The notes under the pieces are model-generated. The model ran no database searches, had not been told where the DNA came from, and saw only the letters and a program-made list of their open reading frames with translations. The translations under genes were made by a program, and so were the position numbers. DNA of 64,000 bases from an uncultured bacterium (GTDB lineage: Bacteria > Patescibacteriota > JACMRA01). Of the stretch, positions 38,371 to 47,629 are shown piece by piece (position 1 is the stretch's first letter; the number at the start of each line of letters is the position of its first letter). The stretch spans positions 1 through 64,000 of the forward strand of contig OY969926.1 in the NCBI GenBank assembly GCA_963704645.1, in the 5' to 3' direction.

Positions 38371-39588
38371 ATGTTAAACACAATCAATTTAGCCCAAACT
38401 TTTCAAAAGGTTCTAGCCTTGGCAATATTTGCCTCTACTATTTTTATACCAACTTCTTCAGTGAATGCCGCTGGTTGTTTTCCAAACCCTGCAACGGAAT
38501 GGTATACAAGCAGTGCAACAACTAATGCCCCAGTAAGCCAAGCCACTATTACTTTTACAAATGGCAACAGCTTTTTAATGCAGGCAATTAAGGGAACAGA
38601 TAACAAAGTTTACTCTAGATTTAATTCAACTCTTCCTGAAGGTAATTACATATGGGAAAACTGGATGGAAGGCAGCGGAATTACTGTTAAAGAAGAGCCT
38701 GAACTTATTGAATTTTACCAAGGTACAGTTCCCTATTTTCTAATGTCTGCGTATGGAACAGATAACGGAATTTATGTAAGAAAATCCTCTGATGGTGCAA
38801 ATTGGAACCTCTGGAAAAGAGGTGGTGATATTACATTAAAGGCTAGACCTGTTACAACTTATCTATCTACAGGCAGTTTTGCTGCTTCACCAATATTAGT
38901 ACAAAGTGGTTTTGGATCTGATAATGGTTTATATACAAGAACTTCTACCGATGGAGTTACCTGGACTAACTGGGCTAGAGGGGGAAATATTACATTAGCC
39001 AGCAAACCAGAGCAGGTATTTTGGAACTCTAAACTTATTCAATTTGCACGTGGAACCGACAATGGTTTATACAGCAGATACACAGCCGACGGAACAACTT
39101 GGAGCACTTGGGCAAGAAACAGCGGTGGAATAACTGTGCTAGATGAAACTAGCACTACAGGTTTCGATTTTGGAGCTAGCAATGTTAAGTTACAACAAGT
39201 TGTTCGTGGAACAAACAATGGAGTTTATTTTAGAAACTCTGCAGATGGTTTATCTTGGTCTAATTGGGCAAGATTAGGAAACTTAACTGCTGCTGAAAAG
39301 CCATTTATAAACACAGCACCAAATGCAGGATGTGGAGGAGCATACGTTATGCGTCTATTTGCAAAAGGTACAGACTCTAGGCTTTATTCAGCAGAGAACC
39401 CAGGAACAGATTCGCTTGATTTTGGTTTCAGCATATTTCTAAACTGGAGTGGAGACACTGCAATTACTTTGGGAAATAACTTAGTTGAAACTAGATATTC
39501 ACCGACTACTGGTTTCTATAGCACAATACAAACTGTACGTGGTAGTGACAACAAGGTTTACTTAAGAATTGTAAACAACCCTCTTTAA
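38371..39588 (+). CDS. secreted repeat protein, probable beta-propeller (PLL/fucose-lectin- or DUF346-like repeats)
   Basis: Signal peptide and about seven repeats of G(T/S)DN.(V/L)Y.R...DG..W..W..GG.IT. Confidence 0.75.
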   Translation: MLNTINLAQTFQKVLALAIFASTIFIPTSSVNAAGCFPNPATEWYTSSATTNAPVSQATITFTNGNSFLMQAIKGTDNKVYSRFNSTLPEGNYIWENWMEGSGITVKEEPELIEFYQGTVPYFLMSAYGTDNGIYVRKSSDGANWNLWKRGGDITLKARPVTTYLSTGSFAASPILVQSGFGSDNGLYTRTSTDGVTWTNWARGGNITLASKPEQVFWNSKLIQFARGTDNGLYSRYTADGTTWSTWARNSGGITVLDETSTTGFDFGASNVKLQQVVRGTNNGVYFRNSADGLSWSNWARLGNLTAAEKPFINTAPNAGCGGAYVMRLFAKGTDSRLYSAENPGTDSLDFGFSIFLNWSGDTAITLGNNLVETRYSPTTGFYSTIQTVRGSDNKVYLRIVNNPL

Positions 39589-39625
39589 TTAAGAAAATTA
39601 TATTTAGTTAGTAAGTATTAAACAA

Positions 39626-40978
39626 TTATGAACTGGAGGGCTTATTGCTCGCCTTTTGTATTGCCCATAAAATTAAAAGTAAAAAGGCATAATATCCGTA
39701 AATTTCTCCTACTCCAAATTTTTCAAAGTTAATAAAAAAGTTTATTTTAGAAGCTAAGTCTACAATATTCAAAATTATAATTAAAATAGCTGAATTTATA
39801 AGCAAAAATAGTTCGCCTAAAATTGGTATTTGACCAAGAAATGCTAATATTGTTGAAACAGAAATAAACGGAGAAACTAAAATATTTACCAATACCGAAA
39901 GACCAGAAATTTTACTATTTATTTGAACTATTAAAGGAAGTGTCCACAAAGTTGCAGCTAAAGAAGTAAGAAAAGCCGAAATTAATTCTTGCACAAACCC
40001 AGGCAATTTAGAACTAGTTAAAAACTTAAAACTTGGTAGTAAAATTAGGCCAAGTGTAGCTGCAAAAGATAGTTGAAAGGAAAGCGAAAACACTATAGCC
40101 GGGTTCCAAAAAGCTAAAATTATTCCGGCCCAAATTAAACTTCTTAAACCAGAAATTCTTCTTCCAAGACTGGCGGCCACTAAAGCAATTAAGGTGCTAA
40201 TTGCAGCCCGCATAACGGGAGCCTGAAGCCCAACTACTGTCACCAAACTTATAACTAAACTAATTTGTAAAAATCGTCTTAGTATAAAATTAATTTTCAA
40301 ATTTTCAGACAATTTTGCAGCAATATCCAACATTAATACCACCTGAAAACCAGACACAGCAATTAAGTGAGTTAAGCCTAAATCTTTAAAATTTTGCTTG
40401 GTTTTGTCTGTTAAACTTTGGCTTCCACCGATACTAAAACCAACTGTAAGACCTGCTAAATCTGTGCAATTTGCTAAGTTTGAAAACCAAATTTTTTTAT
40501 CTTCTGAACAAAACCATGTGGTGTATGTTTTAGTGTAATTATATTTAAGATTATCTAAACCTTTAAAGAAAGTGCAGTTTAAATTACAGTCTGGATAAAT
40601 ATAAATACTTTCAATTTGAACCGTACCAACAATAGCAGTAGTTAAAAGATATTGGTTAAAACTTTCATCAAAAACATATGGTTTTACATTACCTTCAATT
40701 ACAATATTTTGCCCCACATTTAAACTTAATTTAGATTTACTTTCAGCCAAATAAAGGTTATTATTCATAAGTAAAACTGGCTTTTTTATAAACCCAAACT
40801 GACTGTAACCAACTACAATTGCACTGGACTTATTTAGCAAATAGGAGTTGGAGATTTGATTTTCTAAATAGAAAAAATAGCAGTTTAAAGTACAACACAA
40901 CAAAACAAAATACAAAAATAATTTGTCTGCTCTAAAGAATTGGTATTTCCTTAAAAACTTATTTATTAGTGGAAGCAT
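39626..40978 (-). CDS. comEC: ComEC/Rec2 competence channel (no MBL domain)
   Basis: GLTHLIAVSGFQV, PVMRAA, SFQLSF.AT.GL, N.LV.P. Confidence 0.9.
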   Translation of the reverse strand: MLPLINKFLRKYQFFRADKLFLYFVLLCCTLNCYFFYLENQISNSYLLNKSSAIVVGYSQFGFIKKPVLLMNNNLYLAESKSKLSLNVGQNIVIEGNVKPYVFDESFNQYLLTTAIVGTVQIESIYIYPDCNLNCTFFKGLDNLKYNYTKTYTTWFCSEDKKIWFSNLANCTDLAGLTVGFSIGGSQSLTDKTKQNFKDLGLTHLIAVSGFQVVLMLDIAAKLSENLKINFILRRFLQISLVISLVTVVGLQAPVMRAAISTLIALVAASLGRRISGLRSLIWAGIILAFWNPAIVFSLSFQLSFAATLGLILLPSFKFLTSSKLPGFVQELISAFLTSLAATLWTLPLIVQINSKISGLSVLVNILVSPFISVSTILAFLGQIPILGELFLLINSAILIIILNIVDLASKINFFINFEKFGVGEIYGYYAFLLLILWAIQKASNKPSSS

Positions 40979-41085
40979 TTGTATATTAGCATCGTTTCTG
41001 GATTACAACTTGGAGTATCAAATTACGTTATTTTAGATTATTAGTACTGTAAGTTAGATTGATTAAAGTAATATCTTACCTGGTA

Positions 41086-42609
41086 CTAAAACCGACCTCT
41101 GTATTGCAGACTTTCTGCTAGATGCAGGGTTTCAATATTTTCGCTACCGGCTAAATCGGCTATAGTTCTGGATAGTTTTAAAATACGATTGTAACTTCTG
41201 GCACTTAAGTTGTATTTATCTATGGCTTTGTTTAATAAACTGGTGGAATCTGGGCTAAGTTTACAAAACTTTTTAACTTCACCACTGCCCATTTCAGAAT
41301 TAGTGTAAAGCCCAAACTGGCTTAAACGGTGTTGTTGAATTTGCCTAGCTTTAGCAACTCTTTTAGCAACCTCCAAACTACTTTCGGCATCTACTAAACT
41401 TCCCAATTCGTCTTTACTTGGGTTATTAACTTCCACCCGCAAATCTATTCTATCTAATATTGGACCACTAAATTTAGCTTCATATTTAGCTATATGCTTA
41501 GAGGAATGATTCTGGTTCGCTTGTGGATTATTGGCATTACTAAAACCACTAGGAGTTGGATTTGCTGCTGCAACTAATGTGAATTTAGCTGGAAAACTTA
41601 CACTTCCAAAGGCTCTTGAAATATTCACATGCCCATCTTCCAGAGGCTGCCTAAGAGATTCCAAAGTTTCACGCTTGAACTCTGGAAATTCGTCTAAAAA
41701 CAACACACCACGGTGAGCCAAAGAAATTTCCCCAGGGCGAAGCTTGCTACTTCCACCAATTAATGATATTTGGGAAGAAGTATGATGAGGACTTCTGAAT
41801 GGGCGTTCTAAAACTAGCTGCGATTCTGGCAAAAGCTGAGCAATAGAATAAATTCTAGTAACTTCCAATACTTCCGCCTCACTTAAAGCTGGTAAAATTC
41901 CTGGCAAACATCTTGCCAACATGGTTTTACCACTGCCAGGACTGCCAATAAGAAGTAAATTATGCCCTCCACTAGCCGAAATTTCTAAAGCACGTTTAGC
42001 AACAGCCTGGCCTTTTACAAAGCACAAATCTTTAGAGGAATGTAGTTTAAAACCGGCCTGTAATTCGGCTAAATTTCTTACAGCTAAAATGTTAATAAGT
42101 TTTTTATTCTGCAAATGTTGAACAATTTCTGTTAAAGAACTAATTGGGAAAATATTTAAGTTTGATATTAATGAAAGCTCGTCTTTGTTAGCATCTGGAC
42201 AAAAGAAATGCTGAATACCTTGTTCCCTAGCCCACAATGCTATGTTTAAAATACCAGGTATAGCTCTAAGTTTTCCGTCTAATGCCAGTTCGCCTAAAAA
42301 TAAACTATTTTCTGGAAGTTTTGGTATAATTCCAATTACTTCTAAAAGCCCCACCGCCATTGCTAAATCTAAACCAGAACCAGACTTAGCCACATTAGCC
42401 GGCGCTAAATTAAAAGTAATTCTTCCCAAGGGAAATTCGAATCCACTCTCTTTTAAGGCTGTTCTAAGCCTCTCCTTACTTTCAGACACACTTTTGTCTG
42501 GCAAACCTACTACAATAATTTGTGGAAGGCCGGAAGATAAATCTATTTCTACTTGAATTGGCTGTGTGTTTAAGCCCTGCGTTATTGCAGTTAATGTTTT
42601 TGTGATCAT
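41086..42609 (-). CDS. comM: YifB/ComM Mg-chelatase-like AAA+ ATPase
   Basis: VGLPD..V.ES.ER, GELALDG, G.PGSGKTMLA, RPFRSPHH, PGEISLAHRGVLFLDE. Confidence 0.93.
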   Translation of the reverse strand: MITKTLTAITQGLNTQPIQVEIDLSSGLPQIIVVGLPDKSVSESKERLRTALKESGFEFPLGRITFNLAPANVAKSGSGLDLAMAVGLLEVIGIIPKLPENSLFLGELALDGKLRAIPGILNIALWAREQGIQHFFCPDANKDELSLISNLNIFPISSLTEIVQHLQNKKLINILAVRNLAELQAGFKLHSSKDLCFVKGQAVAKRALEISASGGHNLLLIGSPGSGKTMLARCLPGILPALSEAEVLEVTRIYSIAQLLPESQLVLERPFRSPHHTSSQISLIGGSSKLRPGEISLAHRGVLFLDEFPEFKRETLESLRQPLEDGHVNISRAFGSVSFPAKFTLVAAANPTPSGFSNANNPQANQNHSSKHIAKYEAKFSGPILDRIDLRVEVNNPSKDELGSLVDAESSLEVAKRVAKARQIQQHRLSQFGLYTNSEMGSGEVKKFCKLSPDSTSLLNKAIDKYNLSARSYNRILKLSRTIADLAGSENIETLHLAESLQYRGRF

Positions 42610-42673
42610 ATTTTATTAAGACCACCCAATACTATAAATTTTAAACTTAGATTAAATTTCTACAGTTTTTTAT

Positions 42674-43654
42674 TTACAACAGTCTAAGAGCAACTAGAAC
42701 TAACAACACAAAAGCTAAACCTAAACGATAGTATATGAAAGGGAAAAAAGTTTTTCTAGAAAGAAAATTAATCAACCAAGACAAGCAAAACCAACCAACA
42801 ATGTAAGACAGAACAAAGCTAATAAATAAACTAAATAAAGATATATTCACATTGCCTGCCGTCCAATTACTGTCACTCGGAAGCAAGGTAATTTGCCCCT
42901 TAAAAATTTCTGAAACTGCTTTTAGTAAATCGTATAAACTAGCCGCTATTAATGCTGGAATTGAAAGTAAAAATGAAAATCTAACTGCTTCTTTTCTGGG
43001 TCTACCAACAATTAAAGCTCCACTGGTGGTTGCTCCACTTCTTGAAATACCTGGGAAAATAGCTAGAAATTGAAATAGTCCAACCAATAAAACTTCGCCC
43101 TTAGTAAAAATAACTGATTTCTTATCTTCATTTACTTCTGGATGTTGTTTAACCTGAGTGTGAATATATTCAGCTAGCCACATTAAACCAGAGCCAACAA
43201 TTAAGAAGTAAGCGATGTCAGACAAACTTCTATATTGCTCAGCGAAATTGCGTAACGTAAAACCTAAAATTAAAATTGGAATACTCCCTAAAATAATTTG
43301 TAAAATTTCTATATCAACAAGGTTTTTAGCCGAGAGATGACTTTGCTTATAACTTCCGTTCCACCAACTCCTAGCATGCTCTACAAACCTTTCCCTGGTT
43401 TCTGGGTGTTTTAATATATCTAAACATCGGTAAAAATATTTACTTAAATCTGCCCAAAAATATTGAATAATGGCGATAGTTGTACCAAATTGAATAATAT
43501 TTGAAGTTACAAGCCCAATATCTCTACCACCAAGCAAAGCCGAGCTTAGTAAGCGCAAATGTGCTGTTGAAGATATTGGCAAAAACTCTGCCACACCCTG
43601 CACTATACCAAGCAAAGCAGACAGCACTACTTCATTCAGGAAAGAAAAATTCAT
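42674..43654 (-). CDS. uppP: undecaprenyl-diphosphate phosphatase
   Basis: GIVQG.AEFLPISSTAH, PGISRSG.T, FSFLLSIPA, F.YYR. Confidence 0.95.
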   Translation of the reverse strand: MNFSFLNEVVLSALLGIVQGVAEFLPISSTAHLRLLSSALLGGRDIGLVTSNIIQFGTTIAIIQYFWADLSKYFYRCLDILKHPETRERFVEHARSWWNGSYKQSHLSAKNLVDIEILQIILGSIPILILGFTLRNFAEQYRSLSDIAYFLIVGSGLMWLAEYIHTQVKQHPEVNEDKKSVIFTKGEVLLVGLFQFLAIFPGISRSGATTSGALIVGRPRKEAVRFSFLLSIPALIAASLYDLLKAVSEIFKGQITLLPSDSNWTAGNVNISLFSLFISFVLSYIVGWFCLSWLINFLSRKTFFPFIYYRLGLAFVLLVLVALRLL

Positions 43655-43795
43655 AGAACAATAGTTTCTTCCCTAAAAAATAATGTCAATGAGTACAATA
43701 TTCATAGTCCAAACTATCATTAGTATTTTAAGATATTTTTGTAAGTAGAATGTGCTAAATACTTGGCGAAATAGTAACAATATGTAAAAAATTAA

Positions 43796-44542
43796 GGGTC
43801 TAGATAAGCTGACAACAATCTAATTGTTCATTATAGCTTATCATAACAATGAAAAACAAGTATATCCAGCGTTCACGTATTTCTGAAGCAAAATTTAGAG
43901 AAATAGCTAAACTATTTTGTGCGGATTTAAACGCTACAGATAGTTCTAAGTTATGTGGAATTAGTAGAGTTACAATTACTAAAATATTCCATGAAATTAG
44001 GGTTAAAATATTTAAGTTACAAGAAGGATTAAATATTGAAAAAGTATCAGGTGAAGTAGAACTTGATGAAAGTTATTTTGGCTCTAGAAGAATTAGAGGA
44101 AAGAGAGGCAGAGGAGCTAAAGGTAAAACAGTGGTATTTGGACTTTTAAAAAGGAATGGTAAAGTATATACTCAAATTGTTAATAAAGTAGATAAAAAAG
44201 AATTATTACCAATAATTAAAGGAAAAATACTTGAAGACACAACTGTTTATACAGATGGTTGGAAAAGTTACAATGGTTTAATTACAGAGGGTTATAAACA
44301 CTATAGAATATTTCATTCTCGTGATGAATTTGCTAGAGGTAAAAATCATATTAATGGAATAGAAAGTTTCTGGGCTTATGCTAAAAGAAGATTGATTAAG
44401 TTTAATGGAACAAAGAATAATTTTTATTTGCATCTAAAAGAAACAGAATTTAGATTTAATAATAGACAAAATAATCTTTACCAAATAGTTTTAAAACTAA
44501 TCAGAGAAAACCCTATTAATTTTTCTTAACTTATCTAGACCC
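43796..44542 (+). mobile_element. IS1595-family (IS1016-like) insertion sequence, 747 bp, complete
   Basis: TIRs GGGTCTAGATAAG (43796) and CTTATCTAGACCC (ends 44542). Flanking 8-bp duplication AAAATTAA at 43788-43795 and 44543-44550. Confidence 0.95.
43849..44529 (+). CDS. IS1595-family DDE transposase
   Basis: VELDESYFG, RGKRGRGA, YTDGW.SY, HINGIESFW, HLKE.EFRFN. Confidence 0.95.
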   Translation: MKNKYIQRSRISEAKFREIAKLFCADLNATDSSKLCGISRVTITKIFHEIRVKIFKLQEGLNIEKVSGEVELDESYFGSRRIRGKRGRGAKGKTVVFGLLKRNGKVYTQIVNKVDKKELLPIIKGKILEDTTVYTDGWKSYNGLITEGYKHYRIFHSRDEFARGKNHINGIESFWAYAKRRLIKFNGTKNNFYLHLKETEFRFNNRQNNLYQIVLKLIRENPINFS

Positions 44543-44592
44543 AAAATTAATTTTGACAAATATAGTTTATAGAAACCTAAGTATTCTCTAAC

Positions 44593-46839
44593 ATGTATTT
44601 TCTGTCAGAATTTTTATGGTCATTTTCAATAGCGGTTATATTCCTAATTGTTGCAGAAAGTTGCGGCAGTTTATTCTTAAATTTAATTAATTTATTCTTA
44701 AAAAGATTACCAGCCTTATCATTACACACCAATATTATCAAGCATTCTAGTAGCGGCGAAGCTTGCGAGCCAGAAATTCTAAAGCCACAATACACAAATG
44801 ACTCAAGTAGCAATTCATACTGGCTAGAAACAGAAAACCCCGCCTTAATATTAAGAATTATTGCAGGCTTATTAATTTTAGGTATGATGTATTTTTGGCT
44901 TGGTGTATTCAATCTTTTTTATAAAGATATATTATTACTGACAGCTCTTGTATTCCCAACCATTAGATTTTCTTTTAGAATAATCAAAGCAACTTATTTC
45001 AATTTTAAAACTAAATTGAGACACATTCCAAGTGTAAAAAAGAATTCTATTTTAATTAAACTAGATAATTTTTGGGTGAATATTAAGGAACAAAGATATT
45101 TACTTTCTGGTCTAAGTTTATTTTCAATTTTAAGTTTTCCAGCTGCTTTCAGACCCATAATTCAGTTTGACGCAATATGGTATCATTTAACTATTCCCAA
45201 GTTGTTTTTACAAGCAGGAAATATAAATTACAACGGTGAATTTCTGCGGTACTCTGTACACCCATATTTAAATTTTTTCTGGAATTCACTCTTCCTTTCT
45301 ACACCTCAAAACTTAGTAATTCAAGGGCTGGCTATAAATATTTTTCAATGGATTCTAATTATTTTAGGAATGTATTTTGCCCTAAAAACTATTTCCAAAT
45401 TAACATCAATACCAGCTTGGCTTTTAATTTTAGCCCCATCTTTATTGGGAATTTTGAATAATGTCACCAATGCCTACGGAGCAGGATATAACGACCTTTA
45501 TGGTGTAGCAATAACTTTATTTTTAATTCCATTTCTATATCAACTTAGTTTGCAAAAAGAGATTAATATTAAACAAATTATTTGGGTTTTACTTTCTATA
45601 ATTACTTTAACTTTATTAAAAATTTTCTTTGCTCTTTTTGGTGGATTAGTTTTTATATATTTAATTTGGCTAATTTTAGATAAGCAAAATTCTAAATTTA
45701 CAAGCCCACTAAAACTTTCAGAAAATGACGCTAATATACTCTTGACCAATGATATAAATAGTAACTACAATGGACGTTCAAAAGTAATTATAAAACTATT
45801 TATCAGACCAAGCCTTCCTATAAAAAACTACTTAATTGAAATACAAAAGTTTATAGCGAATACTAAATTAAGTTTTATTCGAAACAATAATTTTTGGATT
45901 GGTTTTGGTCTTACTGCTTTAACTTTTGGATTAATATTTATTCTGCCTTGGATAGTAAGATCTTTTACACAAACAGGTAGATTATTAGACCCAATTGGAG
46001 CTCCTGGAATTAACGAAGATGCATATAATTTTTCTGGCTCTAAAACTGCCTTAAACCACTGGACTTATTTTGTCTGGGTTCGTCTTGCTAAAAATTTATT
46101 GCAAATACCTCTTTGGCGTTATTCACCTTTATTAGGCTTGGCATTCATTTTACCATTTTTCAAACAATTCCAACTGAAAAAATATTTATCACTGTGGCTT
46201 TTGGGAATGAGTGGATTTTGGAGTATTTATATCTTTAGTATAGTTTCCGAGTGGCGCTATTTTCTTCCAGCAGTTTACACTTTATTAATAGTTTTAATAA
46301 TTTTTGTTGCAGAAAATTGGAGCAACTGGAAGGGCAAGTTTTCTAAGAAAACAAAATGGATAGTTATTGCAGGATGTTGTTTTGTAATTGTATTTAATTA
46401 TGGACTGGTTTTAAAAACTACAGATTTAAAAAGTGACATGTACATTTTTCAGGGTCAGACTTCAGATGAATATTTAACTAGTCGTGTTTCACAGTGGCAG
46501 TTTGGGTATTACAAAAATGAAGGCTCTTTTCAACCAGAAAACTTAACTGCAACTGAAACTATTTTAGTTTTAAATTTACAAGGTATGGCCTATGTTTCTA
46601 ACCCAATTTTAAGCCCCAGAGCTCAGCCAGAGTTGTTTCAAAACTTAGAAAATATTAACGATTTGACCCAGCTGTTAAAAGACAAAAATGTAAGTTTTGT
46701 ACTAATGAAAAATCAAGATATTTCAAAATTGTGCGAACAGGCATGGGTAAAAAATTGTAGTTTAGAAGAGCTAAATTCCCAGTTCAAATTAGAAGGTAAA
46801 ATTGATGAAGAAAAAGTTTGGTGGTATAGTCTAAGGTAA
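44593..46839 (+). CDS. polytopic membrane protein, GT-C-like glycosyltransferase candidate
   Basis: Many TM helices, FDAIWYHL..PK, YND.Y, W..R...TG..L.P, RYFLP. Confidence 0.65.
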   Translation: MYFLSEFLWSFSIAVIFLIVAESCGSLFLNLINLFLKRLPALSLHTNIIKHSSSGEACEPEILKPQYTNDSSSNSYWLETENPALILRIIAGLLILGMMYFWLGVFNLFYKDILLLTALVFPTIRFSFRIIKATYFNFKTKLRHIPSVKKNSILIKLDNFWVNIKEQRYLLSGLSLFSILSFPAAFRPIIQFDAIWYHLTIPKLFLQAGNINYNGEFLRYSVHPYLNFFWNSLFLSTPQNLVIQGLAINIFQWILIILGMYFALKTISKLTSIPAWLLILAPSLLGILNNVTNAYGAGYNDLYGVAITLFLIPFLYQLSLQKEINIKQIIWVLLSIITLTLLKIFFALFGGLVFIYLIWLILDKQNSKFTSPLKLSENDANILLTNDINSNYNGRSKVIIKLFIRPSLPIKNYLIEIQKFIANTKLSFIRNNNFWIGFGLTALTFGLIFILPWIVRSFTQTGRLLDPIGAPGINEDAYNFSGSKTALNHWTYFVWVRLAKNLLQIPLWRYSPLLGLAFILPFFKQFQLKKYLSLWLLGMSGFWSIYIFSIVSEWRYFLPAVYTLLIVLIIFVAENWSNWKGKFSKKTKWIVIAGCCFVIVFNYGLVLKTTDLKSDMYIFQGQTSDEYLTSRVSQWQFGYYKNEGSFQPENLTATETILVLNLQGMAYVSNPILSPRAQPELFQNLENINDLTQLLKDKNVSFVLMKNQDISKLCEQAWVKNCSLEELNSQFKLEGKIDEEKVWWYSLR
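44750..44772 (+). repeat. family A REP-like copy inside a CDS
   Basis: GTAGCGGCGAAGCTTGCGAGCCA, identical to the intergenic copy at 36435. Confidence 0.8.
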
Positions 46840-46851
46840 ACTGAGATGAGT

Positions 46852-47220
46852 CTATAATTTCACAAAATTAACAATTTTATCGTATTTTTTTAACATTTTT
46901 ATATCTAAGCTAAAAATTAATTCAATGTTATTGTTCACCGCTGTTGCAATCTGCAAAGCGTCCTCCATATCTTCGTCCTTAAAAATTTCCAGGGCAAAAT
47001 TATATTCAAATTTAGACACTGGTAAAATATTTATATCTTCTAACATGTTTCGGACGTATACCAAATTAATTTTGGCTTTCTCAGCATAATAGTAAATAAT
47101 ATGAAGAGACGTGGAACTTATATACAAAGCATTGTATTGTTTACATATTTCTACACAAAAATTAGCTTTTTCTCTCTCAAACAAAATTTCCAAAATAACA
47201 TTACTGTCTAAAAAAATCAT
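46852..47220 (-). CDS. vapC: PIN-domain (VapC-like) toxin
   Basis: IFLDSNVILE, DMEDALQIATA, SLD. Confidence 0.85.
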   Translation of the reverse strand: MIFLDSNVILEILFEREKANFCVEICKQYNALYISSTSLHIIYYYAEKAKINLVYVRNMLEDINILPVSKFEYNFALEIFKDEDMEDALQIATAVNNNIELIFSLDIKMLKKYDKIVNFVKL

Positions 47221-47245
47221 ACACGCTTATATCAAATTTTATGCT

Positions 47246-47569
47246 CTAATTTTTATTATTTTTATTGGAGTACCTATCTTCAAATTTATCTTCCATAAAA
47301 TGCTCCTTGTGAATTTTTTTAAAATCTTCACCTTCAGTAAAAATATTTTTGGTCACACCAGATTTATAATAATCTGACTCTACAAATTTTAGTAAACTGT
47401 GATTTTTCGGAAGCTGTTTTTTAACCGAACTTGCTTCATATAAATTTAAAGATACATATTTAGCATTTTTACCTCTACCCATTTTTACAATGTATTCTTC
47501 ACCATTTTGTACAGATTCAAATATTTGAGCTAGTTTTGCACGAAGAAATGTGGTAGAAATTGTAGTCAT
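47246..47569 (-). CDS. Phd/YefM-like antitoxin
   Basis: MTTISTTFLRAKLAQIFESVQNGEEYIV. Directly upstream of the PIN gene. Confidence 0.75.
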   Translation of the reverse strand: MTTISTTFLRAKLAQIFESVQNGEEYIVKMGRGKNAKYVSLNLYEASSVKKQLPKNHSLLKFVESDYYKSGVTKNIFTEGEDFKKIHKEHFMEDKFEDRYSNKNNKN

Positions 47570-47573
47570 ATAT

Positions 47574-47619
47574 TAAAGGTTTAGACTTTTATTGTAAAGG
47601 TTTAGACTTTTATTGTCAA
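47574..47619 (-). promoter_or_regulatory. TA operon promoter overlapping a perfect 21-bp tandem repeat
   Basis: Minus strand TTGACA-17 bp-TACAAT. TAAAGGTTTAGACTTTTATTG occurs twice (47574-47594, 47595-47615). Confidence 0.85.
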
Positions 47620-47629
47620 CGTTCATCAC

